DNA from: Escherichia phage Fraca
Length of the DNA: 43,664 nt
Direction: 5' to 3' (one strand)
Sequence record: LR597645
The translations under genes and the position numbers were made by a program. How positions within the stretch are numbered: the first letter of the stretch is position 1; the number at the start of each line of letters is the position of its first letter. The notes beneath the pieces were generated by a model. It was not told where the DNA came from and did no database searches. It worked only from the letters and a program-made list of their open reading frames with translations. This document shows positions 19,132 through 27,813 of this stretch, one piece after another.

Positions 19132-19805
19132 TGTCTGACTTTGGCGCAATGATATTAATGGAGAACGGCAATCCCTTTGTTACACCACAATCAACGCCTT
19201 TCTGCCTCTACGGAAAATACTCCTTCAATTCCTCAGCTAATGGCAGCTCTCAGCAGGTGGCGCAATATCTTTCGGTTCCTGACGATTATCCGGTAATGGT
19301 CTTCATAAAAACGACTAATACTGCGCAGCCGACTCCGGCCATGTCATATCGGATAGGAGGAAATGTCTATATTAGTGGCGTAAATCCCTATAACCAGGGC
19401 TTTACGCTGACAGCATATGTATTTGCAATTTTTCCGCAAACACTTCCCGCGTGGGGATTTGCTATCTGGGATGCCTCCGGGAAGCTTGTTCTGACGAACG
19501 AATCAAGGGTGCTTTCTGATCTTCAAACAGTGGGCACGCCAGGTGCAAGCGGCGGGATTAATATTGACCAGACGCTGAGCGGGTCATGGGCTGTTGCGCC
19601 TGCACAGCTTGGGCAGACCATCGTTGTGAATAACTCCACCCAGCCTCCGACCATCTACACCATCAATGCTTATTCGGCTTGCAGGTTTGACGGGACTAAT
19701 ACGAGGATAAATGCAGGGGGAACCTCCACCGGAACAGGTTCTCCGGGAGGTGGAACGAATACTGGCATTTCCTTGACCGCGATAAATACAGCGGCCTATG
19801 ACTGA
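19131..19805 (+). CDS. Hypothetical tail-associated protein, paralogous to the preceding gene
   Basis: 224 aa; GTG start overlapping upstream stop with GGAGAAAG RBS; WDASGK motif; Gly/Thr-rich C-terminus. Confidence 0.55.
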   Translation: MSDFGAMILMENGNPFVTPQSTPFCLYGKYSFNSSANGSSQQVAQYLSVPDDYPVMVFIKTTNTAQPTPAMSYRIGGNVYISGVNPYNQGFTLTAYVFAIFPQTLPAWGFAIWDASGKLVLTNESRVLSDLQTVGTPGASGGINIDQTLSGSWAVAPAQLGQTIVVNNSTQPPTIYTINAYSACRFDGTNTRINAGGTSTGTGSPGGGTNTGISLTAINTAAYD

Positions 19806-19916
19806 TTGATCGTTTTGAGCGATCAATAACAAATAATTGATCTATCTAATCAATTATACCCGTTTCTTTCATGTTGGTATTGTCTAAGTTCATGAATACC
19901 TCTGGATACCATCAAT

Positions 19917-20150
19917 ATGATTAAGCTACTTATCTGCATGGCTGGCGCTGTCATGCTTTCAGGCTGCGCTGGAGTAATTGAGAAACAGGAACCAATTTGC
20001 AGCGGAACGGCCATCGTTGGCGGTCAGGAAAATACCGTCCAGATTTACGGTGTTCGTAAACAAAATAACCAGACGCAGTACCGAGCCGGTGATCCCTTTA
20101 ACTGGCGCTGGGTAGGTGCAAATACATTCACTGGCACTACCTGTAAATAA
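19917..20150 (+). CDS. Small lipoprotein
   Basis: 77 aa; signal peptide MIKLLICMAGAVMLSGC with lipobox; preceded by an AT-rich palindromic region. Confidence 0.6.
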   Translation: MIKLLICMAGAVMLSGCAGVIEKQEPICSGTAIVGGQENTVQIYGVRKQNNQTQYRAGDPFNWRWVGANTFTGTTCK

Positions 20151-20208
20151 CCCACCTCATTCGAATACAACTTCGCTCCGGCGGGGTTTTTTGTTGCCTG
20201 GAGAAAAT

Positions 20209-21528
20209 ATGCTTTATAACACTGGCACCATTGCTATCAACGGAAATACCGCCACCGGGACGGGTACAAACTGGACGGCACCCGCCAGCCAGGTTCGCGC
20301 TGGCCAGACGATTATCGTCATGTCGAGCCCGGTACAAATTTTCCAGATCTCAAGCGTGGACAGTTCCACCTCAATGACGGTTACACCTGCCGCCGCTCCG
20401 GCACTTAGTGGCCAGAAGTATGGAATCCTGGTGTCCGACAATATCTCTGTCGACGGACTGGCACAGGCCATGTCGCAACTCATCAAAGAGTATGACGAGA
20501 ATATTGGCGCGTGGGAGACGTTCGCCACAACCTCAGCCAATCAGAGCATCACTGTAACCATCAACGGCACCTCCGTAACCATCCCTGGCATCGGTAAGCT
20601 GGCACAGAAAGGGAGCAACGGCGCGCTAGCTGTCGAAGACGGCGGAACCGGGGCAACCACGGCAGAAGGCAGTCGCACAAACCTCGGTTTGGGAAACAGC
20701 GCCACCAGGAGTGTTGGGACGGTAACTGGTACCGTAGCTGCTGGCGATGATTCTCGCATCACTGGTGCCCTTCAAAAAACTGGCGGGACACTAACAGGTC
20801 AGCTGAATTTGAAAAGCGCGCCAATCGCTGCCGATGCTAACTCTGTTATTTCTGCCAACGGTGGGCTTGATGTTGATCTTTCTAAGGGGTTCGTTTTAAA
20901 AGGAAAGGTGCAGAAGGGGGCAGGTAGGGACAATAATATACTTACAATCTCGGGTGATGGAGATACGCCAACAACAGGATATGTAGGCGCGTTTCAGTAT
21001 AACTGGTATGCCGATGGCTGGATTGCAGGTATCACGCGTGGATCAGGAACAAACACAATTGCGTATTCGATTTACTATAACGGTGCATCATATGGCACTG
21101 GGTCAAAGTTTTGGAGCTTTAATTATGATGGCTCAGCCACTTCTCAGGGCGCCTGGGTTAATGGTTCTGACGAGCGCCACAAGTCGAATATTGAGGCTGT
21201 AGCCAAGCCTCTTCCCGCAGTACTCGCTATGCGTGGCGTGACTTACGATATTAAGGATGGCGGACGAGGCGTTGGCCTTATAGCCCAGGATGTTGAAAAG
21301 TGGTGTCCGGATGCTGTCAAATCATATGGAGACCGCAAGTTTAGCGACGGTGCGGTGATTGAGAATTTTAAATTTCTTGATACATCAGGCGTGGCTGCCG
21401 CCTACCATACTGAAGCAATCAAAGAACTCTTCAATCTGGTGGAACTGGCGCTTAACGATCCGGACAAGGCTCGTGATATTATTAAAGCGGTGAAAGCTGC
21501 CTCAGAGCTTAGCCAGTCAGGTTCGTGA
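20209..21528 (+). CDS. Tail fibre protein with C-terminal intramolecular chaperone (peptidase S74-like) domain
   Basis: ATG at 20209 with GGAGAAAA RBS; C-terminal SDERHKSNI motif characteristic of self-cleaving chaperone domains; the track start at 20116 lies inside a terminator-like region. Confidence 0.75.
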   Translation: MLYNTGTIAINGNTATGTGTNWTAPASQVRAGQTIIVMSSPVQIFQISSVDSSTSMTVTPAAAPALSGQKYGILVSDNISVDGLAQAMSQLIKEYDENIGAWETFATTSANQSITVTINGTSVTIPGIGKLAQKGSNGALAVEDGGTGATTAEGSRTNLGLGNSATRSVGTVTGTVAAGDDSRITGALQKTGGTLTGQLNLKSAPIAADANSVISANGGLDVDLSKGFVLKGKVQKGAGRDNNILTISGDGDTPTTGYVGAFQYNWYADGWIAGITRGSGTNTIAYSIYYNGASYGTGSKFWSFNYDGSATSQGAWVNGSDERHKSNIEAVAKPLPAVLAMRGVTYDIKDGGRGVGLIAQDVEKWCPDAVKSYGDRKFSDGAVIENFKFLDTSGVAAAYHTEAIKELFNLVELALNDPDKARDIIKAVKAASELSQSGS

Positions 21529-21558
21529 ATGATATAGCCAGGCGGCGGGCAAGGAAAC

Positions 21559-21590
21559 CGCCTCCCGTCGTATGCAAAAACGGGAGGCGG
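21559..21590. terminator. Bidirectional terminator between the tail fibre and DinI-like genes
   Basis: Perfect 10-bp stem CCGCCTCCCG / CGGGAGGCGG with 12-nt loop. Confidence 0.7.
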
Positions 21591-21646
21591 CAGGTTGCTT
21601 AGTGTTCATGTCCGAGCAAACGTGGGGAAAATTACACGATAGATAG

Positions 21647-21913
21647 TTAAAGCCCAACCTGGCGAACTGTCGGGAACTCAGAAACAAGCCACATATCTGC
21701 TTCTTCAAACATTTCCTCCAGCATGCGGTTCAGTTTTTCCCGATCGCTTTTGCTGGCATCGCTATTTAAGGCGTTTGCCTGCATCGGCTTCACCTTCACT
21801 TCGGCATCAGGGAAAATCTGGTGCACCCGCTTCGTCAGCTCGGCCAGTATGATCTCTCTGGCCCCTTCGAGCCCCTCAACATTACGCTTGTCATAAATCA
21901 GTTCTACGAACAT
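21647..21913 (-). CDS. dinI: DinI-like protein
   Basis: About 88 aa from ATG at 21913; C-terminal EEMFEEADMWLVSEF resembles the DinI signature ETWESADDWFVSE. Confidence 0.7.
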   Translation of the reverse strand: MFVELIYDKRNVEGLEGAREIILAELTKRVHQIFPDAEVKVKPMQANALNSDASKSDREKLNRMLEEMFEEADMWLVSEFPTVRQVGL

Positions 21914-21989
21914 ACGTGCTCCGCTAACTACTGTTTTAATATACAGTATTTTTGCTTTGGCAGTTTTGTCTGTCAAGGCATCAACCATT

Positions 21990-22267
21990 TGTTTTTAAAT
22001 TTTGGGAAATTTACTGCGGGTGAGCATGCTGCCTTTTTGGCGTGTAGGGCCGATGCTGCCTGAGGTTGGCTAAAATTATCTGTGGGGCATGGATGGGGCA
22101 AAAGTGGTCTGTGAAGTTCGTTAAAGTTCGTTAATCAACCTTTATCTCGATCTCTCTCATCCCTTGTTTAAAGCGCTCCTGGACGATCTTTATCGATTTT
22201 AAAAACTATGAGTTCATATTATACAAATGTAGCGATATGACTGCTAACCACTTGAATTTAAGGTTTT
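21990..22267. other. Candidate attP region adjacent to the integrase 3' end
   Basis: AT-rich non-coding stretch with repeated TGGGGCA motifs (four copies) and direct repeat GTTCGTTAAAGTTCGTTAA. Confidence 0.45.
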
Positions 22268-23560
22268 CTACTGCGCTACTACCATGCTTTGGGGCAGTGA
22301 TGGGGCAGCGTGTGAAAGCGCCTGGTTGAGCAGAGCAACCTGCTCTCCACTCTTCTCTGACATCCACTTTCCATACACCTTGTAAACCATCTGTGCATCG
22401 GTATGTCCCATCTGAGTTGCTATAAAGTTCGGGTTAGCACCAGCCGATAATGACCAGCACGCATAGGTATGCCGTGACTGATAAGCGTTGCGGTAACGAA
22501 TACCGGCGCGCTTGATTATCGGAGCCCAAATTTTATTAATCGAATTAACCGCGTAGTGATATCCTGTGCGAGACCCACGTTTGACGCATTGAGGGCTGAA
22601 AACGAAAGTGCATGGATGTATGACTGACTGGCCATATTCCCGCAAATTCACTTCAACCTCATGCTGCCGGCCAAGGCGCGTCAGTTGGGCCTGATCCCTA
22701 AGGGCATCAATAGCTGGTTGTATGAGATAAATCACCCTGTCAGTGCCTGCCTCGGTTTTTGGCAGGGTGAACTCATACGTTTGGGTAAGGTTACGCTTAA
22801 CCGTAATGGTTCCCGCGGTGAGATCGATGTCTTCCCATGCAAGACCACATAATTCCCCATGCCTCATTCCGGTATAAACGGCGACGGTCCAGAGATTTCG
22901 CATCTGCTGGTGGCCGCATGCCTGAATGAACCTGATGAACTCGTCTGTAGTGAGTGGATCTGGTTCGTCTTTTGCCTTCCTGAGACGGTTAATTCCGCTA
23001 AACGGGTTTTCCTTTGCGTAGCCGTTATCAGCTCCAAACTGGAAGATCTCGGCCATCAGCATCATGTAATTATTCACCGTGGAAGACTTCCGGCCTTTTA
23101 CCTGTGTCCGGTGATCCTTCTTCATTACATGGAAGCCCGTCAGCAACTCCTTCCTTACATACAGCAAATCTTCAGTGGTAACCGCAGAAACCATTTTATT
23201 TTCGCCGATGCGCGGAAGCATGTTTTTTATGATGGATTCGTACCTACTCATGGTATTAGAGCTGATCTCCATTCTCTTCAGCTCTGACCATCTTTCGGTA
23301 AGCTCCAGCACAGTAATTTCCTTTCTATCCTGACCGAACCGGGCAAGGTTCGGTGAGTTTGGGAATTTTTCTGCATAGTTAAAATTCCCCATTCTTATCG
23401 CAAAACAAACCGAAGAACGCAGCTCGCCAGCTATCTTGCGATTTTTTGCAGTGTCAGGGACACCTAGGTTTTCCCTGACACGTTTACCTTTATACAGAAA
23501 CCAGATGCGGAGCGAACCGCCGTGGTTTTCGACGCCTGTCGGGTATGATGCATTAGCCAT
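22268..23560 (-). CDS. int: Tyrosine integrase
   Basis: ATG at 23560 with AGGAGGG RBS; C-terminal catalytic region with R...HxxR...Y (RHTYACWSL...MVYKVYGKW). Confidence 0.85.
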   Translation of the reverse strand: MANASYPTGVENHGGSLRIWFLYKGKRVRENLGVPDTAKNRKIAGELRSSVCFAIRMGNFNYAEKFPNSPNLARFGQDRKEITVLELTERWSELKRMEISSNTMSRYESIIKNMLPRIGENKMVSAVTTEDLLYVRKELLTGFHVMKKDHRTQVKGRKSSTVNNYMMLMAEIFQFGADNGYAKENPFSGINRLRKAKDEPDPLTTDEFIRFIQACGHQQMRNLWTVAVYTGMRHGELCGLAWEDIDLTAGTITVKRNLTQTYEFTLPKTEAGTDRVIYLIQPAIDALRDQAQLTRLGRQHEVEVNLREYGQSVIHPCTFVFSPQCVKRGSRTGYHYAVNSINKIWAPIIKRAGIRYRNAYQSRHTYACWSLSAGANPNFIATQMGHTDAQMVYKVYGKWMSEKSGEQVALLNQALSHAAPSLPQSMVVAQ

Positions 23561-23604
23561 TGATCCCTCCTGACGTCCAGGAGCGTGGACGAGTGTACTG
23601 CTTT

Positions 23605-23862
23605 TCATGCTGTCTTCGCACCTGGTTGATTTTTTTTCTGCGCCTCGATCCACAGATCAACGGCTTTCCTGTTGTACATGCATTCGCTCGAAGGCTTGGG
23701 ATTACCATCTGGTGAAATGTGCAGGTACTCGCGGCCCAGCATCCAGGATTCTTTTCTGGCGCGGGTGATGGTTCCGGGCTTGAGCCCGGTAACCGCAATC
23801 AGAACCTTTTCGCTAACCCAGTCATTCGGCACCAGAAGAACGATTTCAGCACTGGTTTGCAT
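23605..23862 (-). CDS. xis: Excisionase-like protein
   Basis: About 85 aa from ATG at 23862 with GGAGGA RBS; basic small protein immediately upstream of int. Confidence 0.6.
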   Translation of the reverse strand: MQTSAEIVLLVPNDWVSEKVLIAVTGLKPGTITRARKESWMLGREYLHISPDGNPKPSSECMYNRKAVDLWIEAQKKNQPGAKTA

Positions 23863-24217
23863 GGATCTCCTCCATTTTCTCTTTAGCCAGACGCACGCAA
23901 CGCGCAAAAGAGGAGGGCGTTACGATTTCGCGCAGAGCCTGAACCAGGAAGTCGTTGTGCTGCTGGTGTAGCTCCAGGTTGCGCTCTTTTTCCTCATGAC
24001 GCAGAACTGCCAAACGAGCTGTGATGATTCGACGCTTCCCTTTGATCAGCCGCAGCACGTTCTCTGCCTTTTTGCGCCATGTGCTCCAGTCACTACTGCT
24101 GTTCGATCTCGCCAGTTGCTCTTCAATACTGAGCTGCGCTTCTTCTGCGTTAACAAGCTGCTGCAGGCAATCGCTGATAGTGTCCAGGTTGTTTGTCTCC
24201 ACGAAGAATTTGTGCAT
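23846..24217 (-). CDS. Hypothetical coiled-coil protein
   Basis: ATG at 24217 with GGGAGGG RBS; 123 aa. Confidence 0.5.
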   Translation of the reverse strand: MHKFFVETNNLDTISDCLQQLVNAEEAQLSIEEQLARSNSSSDWSTWRKKAENVLRLIKGKRRIITARLAVLRHEEKERNLELHQQHNDFLVQALREIVTPSSFARCVRLAKEKMEEIHANQC

Positions 24218-24219
24218 TC

Positions 24220-24963
24220 TTAACCCTCCCACCCAATCGCCTGGAACAGGCCCATTTTAGGGTGATACCAGCGGGTGCCGCGCGGTTCAGCTTCTGACAT
24301 CATCTGGCGAAACGCGGCCATAAACGGCTCCAGTTCGACGATAGCCCTACGTGACAAAAGCCCGTCTGGAGTCATAAATTCGTGCGTGTCTGTCGGGATG
24401 CGGTAGGCATTGACCAAATTCCGGCACTTGGCGTCACTCATTCCGCTTTTGGCTACCACCTGGCGGTAACCGACATATCCGGCGCGCATGGTCCCGCGTT
24501 TGATGTTCTCCACAGCTTCAGTGACCGTTTCGATCTGCTCTTCAACATGATTCAGGCGCTTCTGCTGGCGAACGGCATCGGCGGCCATTGCGGCGATCAT
24601 CTCGATTTCCGTCAGCGGCGCGCGAGTGCGGAAATAGCTGTTAACCAGCTCACGCTGAACCTGCCAGGCCAGATCGTCCGTGAGTGACTTCGCCACCATC
24701 AGATATCCAGATTCGAAAAGCACAATTCCAGAGGGCGCAAACTTAGAAAACACACCTTCTGGAAGGTCCCGGCGTATAACGTCGGAACCTAATTCAACGT
24801 AATCGACCCCCTCGACAAAGTAGTTCCTGTTTTCACGAAAATTACGTCCTGCTGTTCCATCTGGTCGTTGGTGAGCTTCGTCAATCATTGCGAATGTCAC
24901 AACGCGCTGACCGCGATATTCGACTGCCGGCAGCTGTTTGTTATTGATCGTTACTGTGTTCAT
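24220..24963 (-). CDS. ORF6N-domain-like protein (antirepressor-related family)
   Basis: 247 aa; N-terminal region resembles ORF6N-type phage proteins; family assignment from memory only. Confidence 0.5.
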   Translation of the reverse strand: MNTVTINNKQLPAVEYRGQRVVTFAMIDEAHQRPDGTAGRNFRENRNYFVEGVDYVELGSDVIRRDLPEGVFSKFAPSGIVLFESGYLMVAKSLTDDLAWQVQRELVNSYFRTRAPLTEIEMIAAMAADAVRQQKRLNHVEEQIETVTEAVENIKRGTMRAGYVGYRQVVAKSGMSDAKCRNLVNAYRIPTDTHEFMTPDGLLSRRAIVELEPFMAAFRQMMSEAEPRGTRWYHPKMGLFQAIGWEG

Positions 24964-25008
24964 GCTCGATATCCTTCTGAGTGCCCGGCTTTACGCCGGG
25001 CTGGTGAA

Positions 25009-25836
25009 TCACTTAACCTGGATAAATGGAGTATTGGCGCCGCTGGTCATGTACTGGGGCAGAGTGCCGTTCCATTTGTTGATGGCCTCCAGTTGAAGCA
25101 CTTCAGGGTTTTCGCGCATGGCCTGCCCACGAATCTGGATAGACTTCGCTTCCGCTTCCGCCAGCTTCAACTTTGCGTCTGCCTGGCCATCTGCTTCAGC
25201 GCGCAGCATGTTTGCTTCGGCTTCACGCTGTTTCACTTCTTGCTCGCGCTGCAGGGTCTTCTGGTTGGCGGTGACTTTGGCGTTGATGCTGTCGATAACA
25301 GTCGGCGGGTACTCCGGACGGCCGACGTAAGAAAGGCTGATAACCTGGATTCCTACCGGACCCATGTCGGACTGAATCTCTTTCAGAGCATTTTCAAGCA
25401 GTTCAGCTTTCCCGCCGTCAATGAACTTATCGGTGCTCATGCGGCTTGCGAGACGATTAAGGGCATCGGCAATCTTTTGGCGCAAATCGGTGTCGGTGAT
25501 GTCGTCCACGCCTTTCCGATAGGTCTGAAACACCGTCGTCACTTTGGTCGGATCAACTTTATAGGCGACGCCGATGTGATAGCCGATGGTTGTGCCGTCA
25601 CTCATCTGGAAGTTGAAAGCGTCGTCGTAGGTTTTCATCTGTTTGAAGGTCGGGAAGATGTAAACCTCTGTGTTCCAGCCAGTCCAATAGCGGCCAACGC
25701 CTACCACTTCGCCAACGCCTTTATCGTCACCCAGCTTGTTGACCTTAATCCCAACGTTGCCAGGCTCAACACGATCACAACCAACGAGACCGACGGCAGA
25801 AAGCGCGATAATTGAAGCCATAATTGCTTTTTTCAT
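25009..25836 (-). CDS. SPFH (band 7 / prohibitin-like) domain lipoprotein
   Basis: 275 aa; signal peptide with lipobox LVGC; SPFH-like core and C-terminal Ala/Glu-rich coiled coil; start overlaps upstream stop (ATGA). Confidence 0.7.
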   Translation of the reverse strand: MKKAIMASIIALSAVGLVGCDRVEPGNVGIKVNKLGDDKGVGEVVGVGRYWTGWNTEVYIFPTFKQMKTYDDAFNFQMSDGTTIGYHIGVAYKVDPTKVTTVFQTYRKGVDDITDTDLRQKIADALNRLASRMSTDKFIDGGKAELLENALKEIQSDMGPVGIQVISLSYVGRPEYPPTVIDSINAKVTANQKTLQREQEVKQREAEANMLRAEADGQADAKLKLAEAEAKSIQIRGQAMRENPEVLQLEAINKWNGTLPQYMTSGANTPFIQVK

Positions 25837-26027
25837 TTTTTTTCCTTAGTTACGGTTACAACAAGACCCTTACAGATGACGTAGATGCACGGCGGGGTCA
25901 GAATCGCCAGGGCAAAACCGGATATAACTGCTGTTGTGTCCTTCATCGAAATGAGGATCGGAACGAACAGCCCATAAACGCTGGCGACAATCACCACCGA
26001 TAGAACAACGCGTAAGTAAGCAATCAT
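25833..26027 (-). CDS. Small two-TM membrane protein coupled to the SPFH gene
   Basis: About 64 aa from ATG at 26027; two hydrophobic segments; ATGA overlaps on both sides. Confidence 0.55.
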   Translation of the reverse strand: MIAYLRVVLSVVIVASVYGLFVPILISMKDTTAVISGFALAILTPPCIYVICKGLVVTVTKEKK

Positions 26028-26434
26028 CAGTTGATCCCTTCTGGTTTGCTGGCCTGGAGCTCCGCTTGCTCTTTCACGTAGCGGTCGTGCATGGAGTCCC
26101 ATTTCGCCAGCCACTTACGTGCTTCGCGCTTGCGTTCCAGAATTCGCCGAATGCGCCGCATACAGCGGTTGTGTGCAAAGAGATATTGCTGAGTGTGCTG
26201 GCCCATTCGATTGACGAGCACACCGTTGCTGAACACAGGCTCGTCTGGTTCGTTGGTATTCAAACCGGCCCGGCGAAATGTTTTGGTTACCATGTAGTGA
26301 GCCAGGTTGCTGATCGCCGCACTTCTGCTGAGGAAACGGCGCGAGTAACCGTGCCTCGATACGACATAAACTGGCTGCAACTCCGTAGTAAACGCTCTGT
26401 CGATTGAGGTGGTAGTAATGCGTTTATCGTTCAT
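26027..26434 (-). CDS. Hypothetical basic protein
   Basis: 135 aa; ATGA overlap with upstream and downstream genes. Confidence 0.5.
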   Translation of the reverse strand: MNDKRITTTSIDRAFTTELQPVYVVSRHGYSRRFLSRSAAISNLAHYMVTKTFRRAGLNTNEPDEPVFSNGVLVNRMGQHTQQYLFAHNRCMRRIRRILERKREARKWLAKWDSMHDRYVKEQAELQASKPEGIN

Positions 26435-26652
26435 TTGCGGTCCTTAACTTTGTTGTATCGTTCATGACTCATAACTTCCCAGTTCTGGCCTCCATCTCGT
26501 GAAAGCAGCCTCCAACGCAGGTTCACTTTTAGGCTGAGGTATCCAGTCCTGCGCATTCGCCGCGGTGAAATCCGCTGCTGCCGGAATTGCAGGAGAATTT
26601 TCACTGCCTGAAAGTGAACCCACTCAGGAATTCGTATCGCTGTCAGCGCCAT
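26431..26652 (-). CDS. Hypothetical small protein
   Basis: 73 aa; ATGA overlaps at both ends. Confidence 0.45.
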   Translation of the reverse strand: MALTAIRIPEWVHFQAVKILLQFRQQRISPRRMRRTGYLSLKVNLRWRLLSRDGGQNWEVMSHERYNKVKDRK

Positions 26653-27059
26653 CAGATCCGGGCCTCCACTTTTTGTTTTTTGACGAACTCAACCAGCTCA
26701 GAAATGAGCTCGTCGATTAATTCCTTTCCGCTATCTGTGAGGAATTCACCGCTGCCATTAACATCAACAGAGCTGCTGTAAATTCCCTTAATAGCTTTTA
26801 CGCCTTCGACATTCCCGTACTCACTAATCGCGAGCCTTTCGAATTTTCGTAATAATCCATCGAGAAGAATCTCTGTTAACTCGACCGTGTTAATACCGCC
26901 TTTATTGAGCTTAATAACAAGGCAGTTACTGCCCGTTTTACGCTGGTGGCGTAATAACGCTGCCTTTAAAATTCGGCGGCGGTAGGTTTCAATTACGTTG
27001 TTTTTCACGACGTTCAAACTCCGAATCCATCCACATTGAGACCTGAGCCGACAAGTCAA
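26652..27059 (-). CDS. Hypothetical protein (start uncertain)
   Basis: 135 aa track ORF with no internal Met; overlaps 26989-27192, so the true start may be a GTG/TTG near 27008. Confidence 0.4.
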   Translation of the reverse strand: MTCRLRSQCGWIRSLNVVKNNVIETYRRRILKAALLRHQRKTGSNCLVIKLNKGGINTVELTEILLDGLLRKFERLAISEYGNVEGVKAIKGIYSSSVDVNGSGEFLTDSGKELIDELISELVEFVKKQKVEARI

Positions 27060-27192
27060 GGCAGAGGCCAGACAGAGAAATTATGTGCTCGATATCCATA
27101 TCAATAATATTGGAGTTAATTAATTCCATTAATTGATACAGGTTATCTGCTGTGTTTTTTGCGGTTTCTAGAGAGCTGTCTTTACTGAGCAT
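26989..27192 (-). CDS. Hypothetical small acidic protein
   Basis: 67 aa from ATG at 27192. Confidence 0.4.
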   Translation of the reverse strand: MLSKDSSLETAKNTADNLYQLMELINSNIIDMDIEHIISLSGLCLDLSAQVSMWMDSEFERREKQRN

Positions 27193-27384
27193 ATTCAGAC
27201 CCCGTAAGCTTTGCGCATGAAAAGGTTAGAGATATGGCGGTATTCCTCACCATAGGTCGCGAAGAAAAGCCGTGCTGTTAAATACGCAGATTTATCTTTG
27301 ATGAATGTCATTTTTAACCTAATCCTGTTTTCAGGTTGCAGGAAGCCACACCAGTGAAGGTGTTATTTGTTTTATTATTTAGCG

Positions 27385-27813
27385 TTACTTATTGAATTCG
27401 ATCTTGTCCGCTTTAGAGCTAATAATGCTCTGCATTTCATCCAGTTTTTGGGAGACGAGACTTAAAACCCCAATTGAGTTTGATTCTGTTGGTATATCAT
27501 CCATTGAATTATAAACGGCAAGCTTACAATCGCCGATATCACAAGCCCAAGAGTTAAGTTGATTAGCTAGCGCTGTTGGCGACTCTAATTTTTGTCCCCG
27601 TTGACATTCAGCTCCAGCATGGATGCTAAGTTGCTCCACATACTCGTAAGCAGTTTGGCTGGTCTTTAGCATAGAACGAATCAGGCAGGCAATTGTGTTA
27701 TCGGCTTCCGGTGAAAATTCATTTATGCGGTAAATAACCTCCAGTAACGAAGCATTCTCAGTGATTTCCGCAGCAATATCATTTAGCATTTCGATTGGAT
27801 TTTTCATTAACAT
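27385..27813 (-). CDS. Hypothetical acidic protein in AT-rich island
   Basis: 142 aa; overlaps the upstream 66-aa gene by 7 nt; AT-rich codon usage unlike the structural genes. Confidence 0.5.
   Translation of the reverse strand: MLMKNPIEMLNDIAAEITENASLLEVIYRINEFSPEADNTIACLIRSMLKTSQTAYEYVEQLSIHAGAECQRGQKLESPTALANQLNSWACDIGDCKLAVYNSMDDIPTESNSIGVLSLVSQKLDEMQSIISSKADKIEFNK

Noticed and set aside
20116-20208. N-terminal extension of the tail fibre ORF as listed in the track
   Set aside because: The extension overlaps the upstream lipoprotein stop and terminator-like sequence; ATG at 20209 has a proper RBS and gives a typical fibre N-terminus
23561-23653. N-terminal extension of the integrase ORF as listed in the track
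   Set aside because: Internal ATG at 23560 is preceded by a strong AGGAGGG RBS; the extension would overlap the excisionase gene
24868-25815. 315-aa plus-strand ORF antisense to the SPFH lipoprotein gene
   Set aside because: No RBS or domain signal; the minus-strand gene has a lipobox, an SPFH-like core and ATGA coupling to its neighbour
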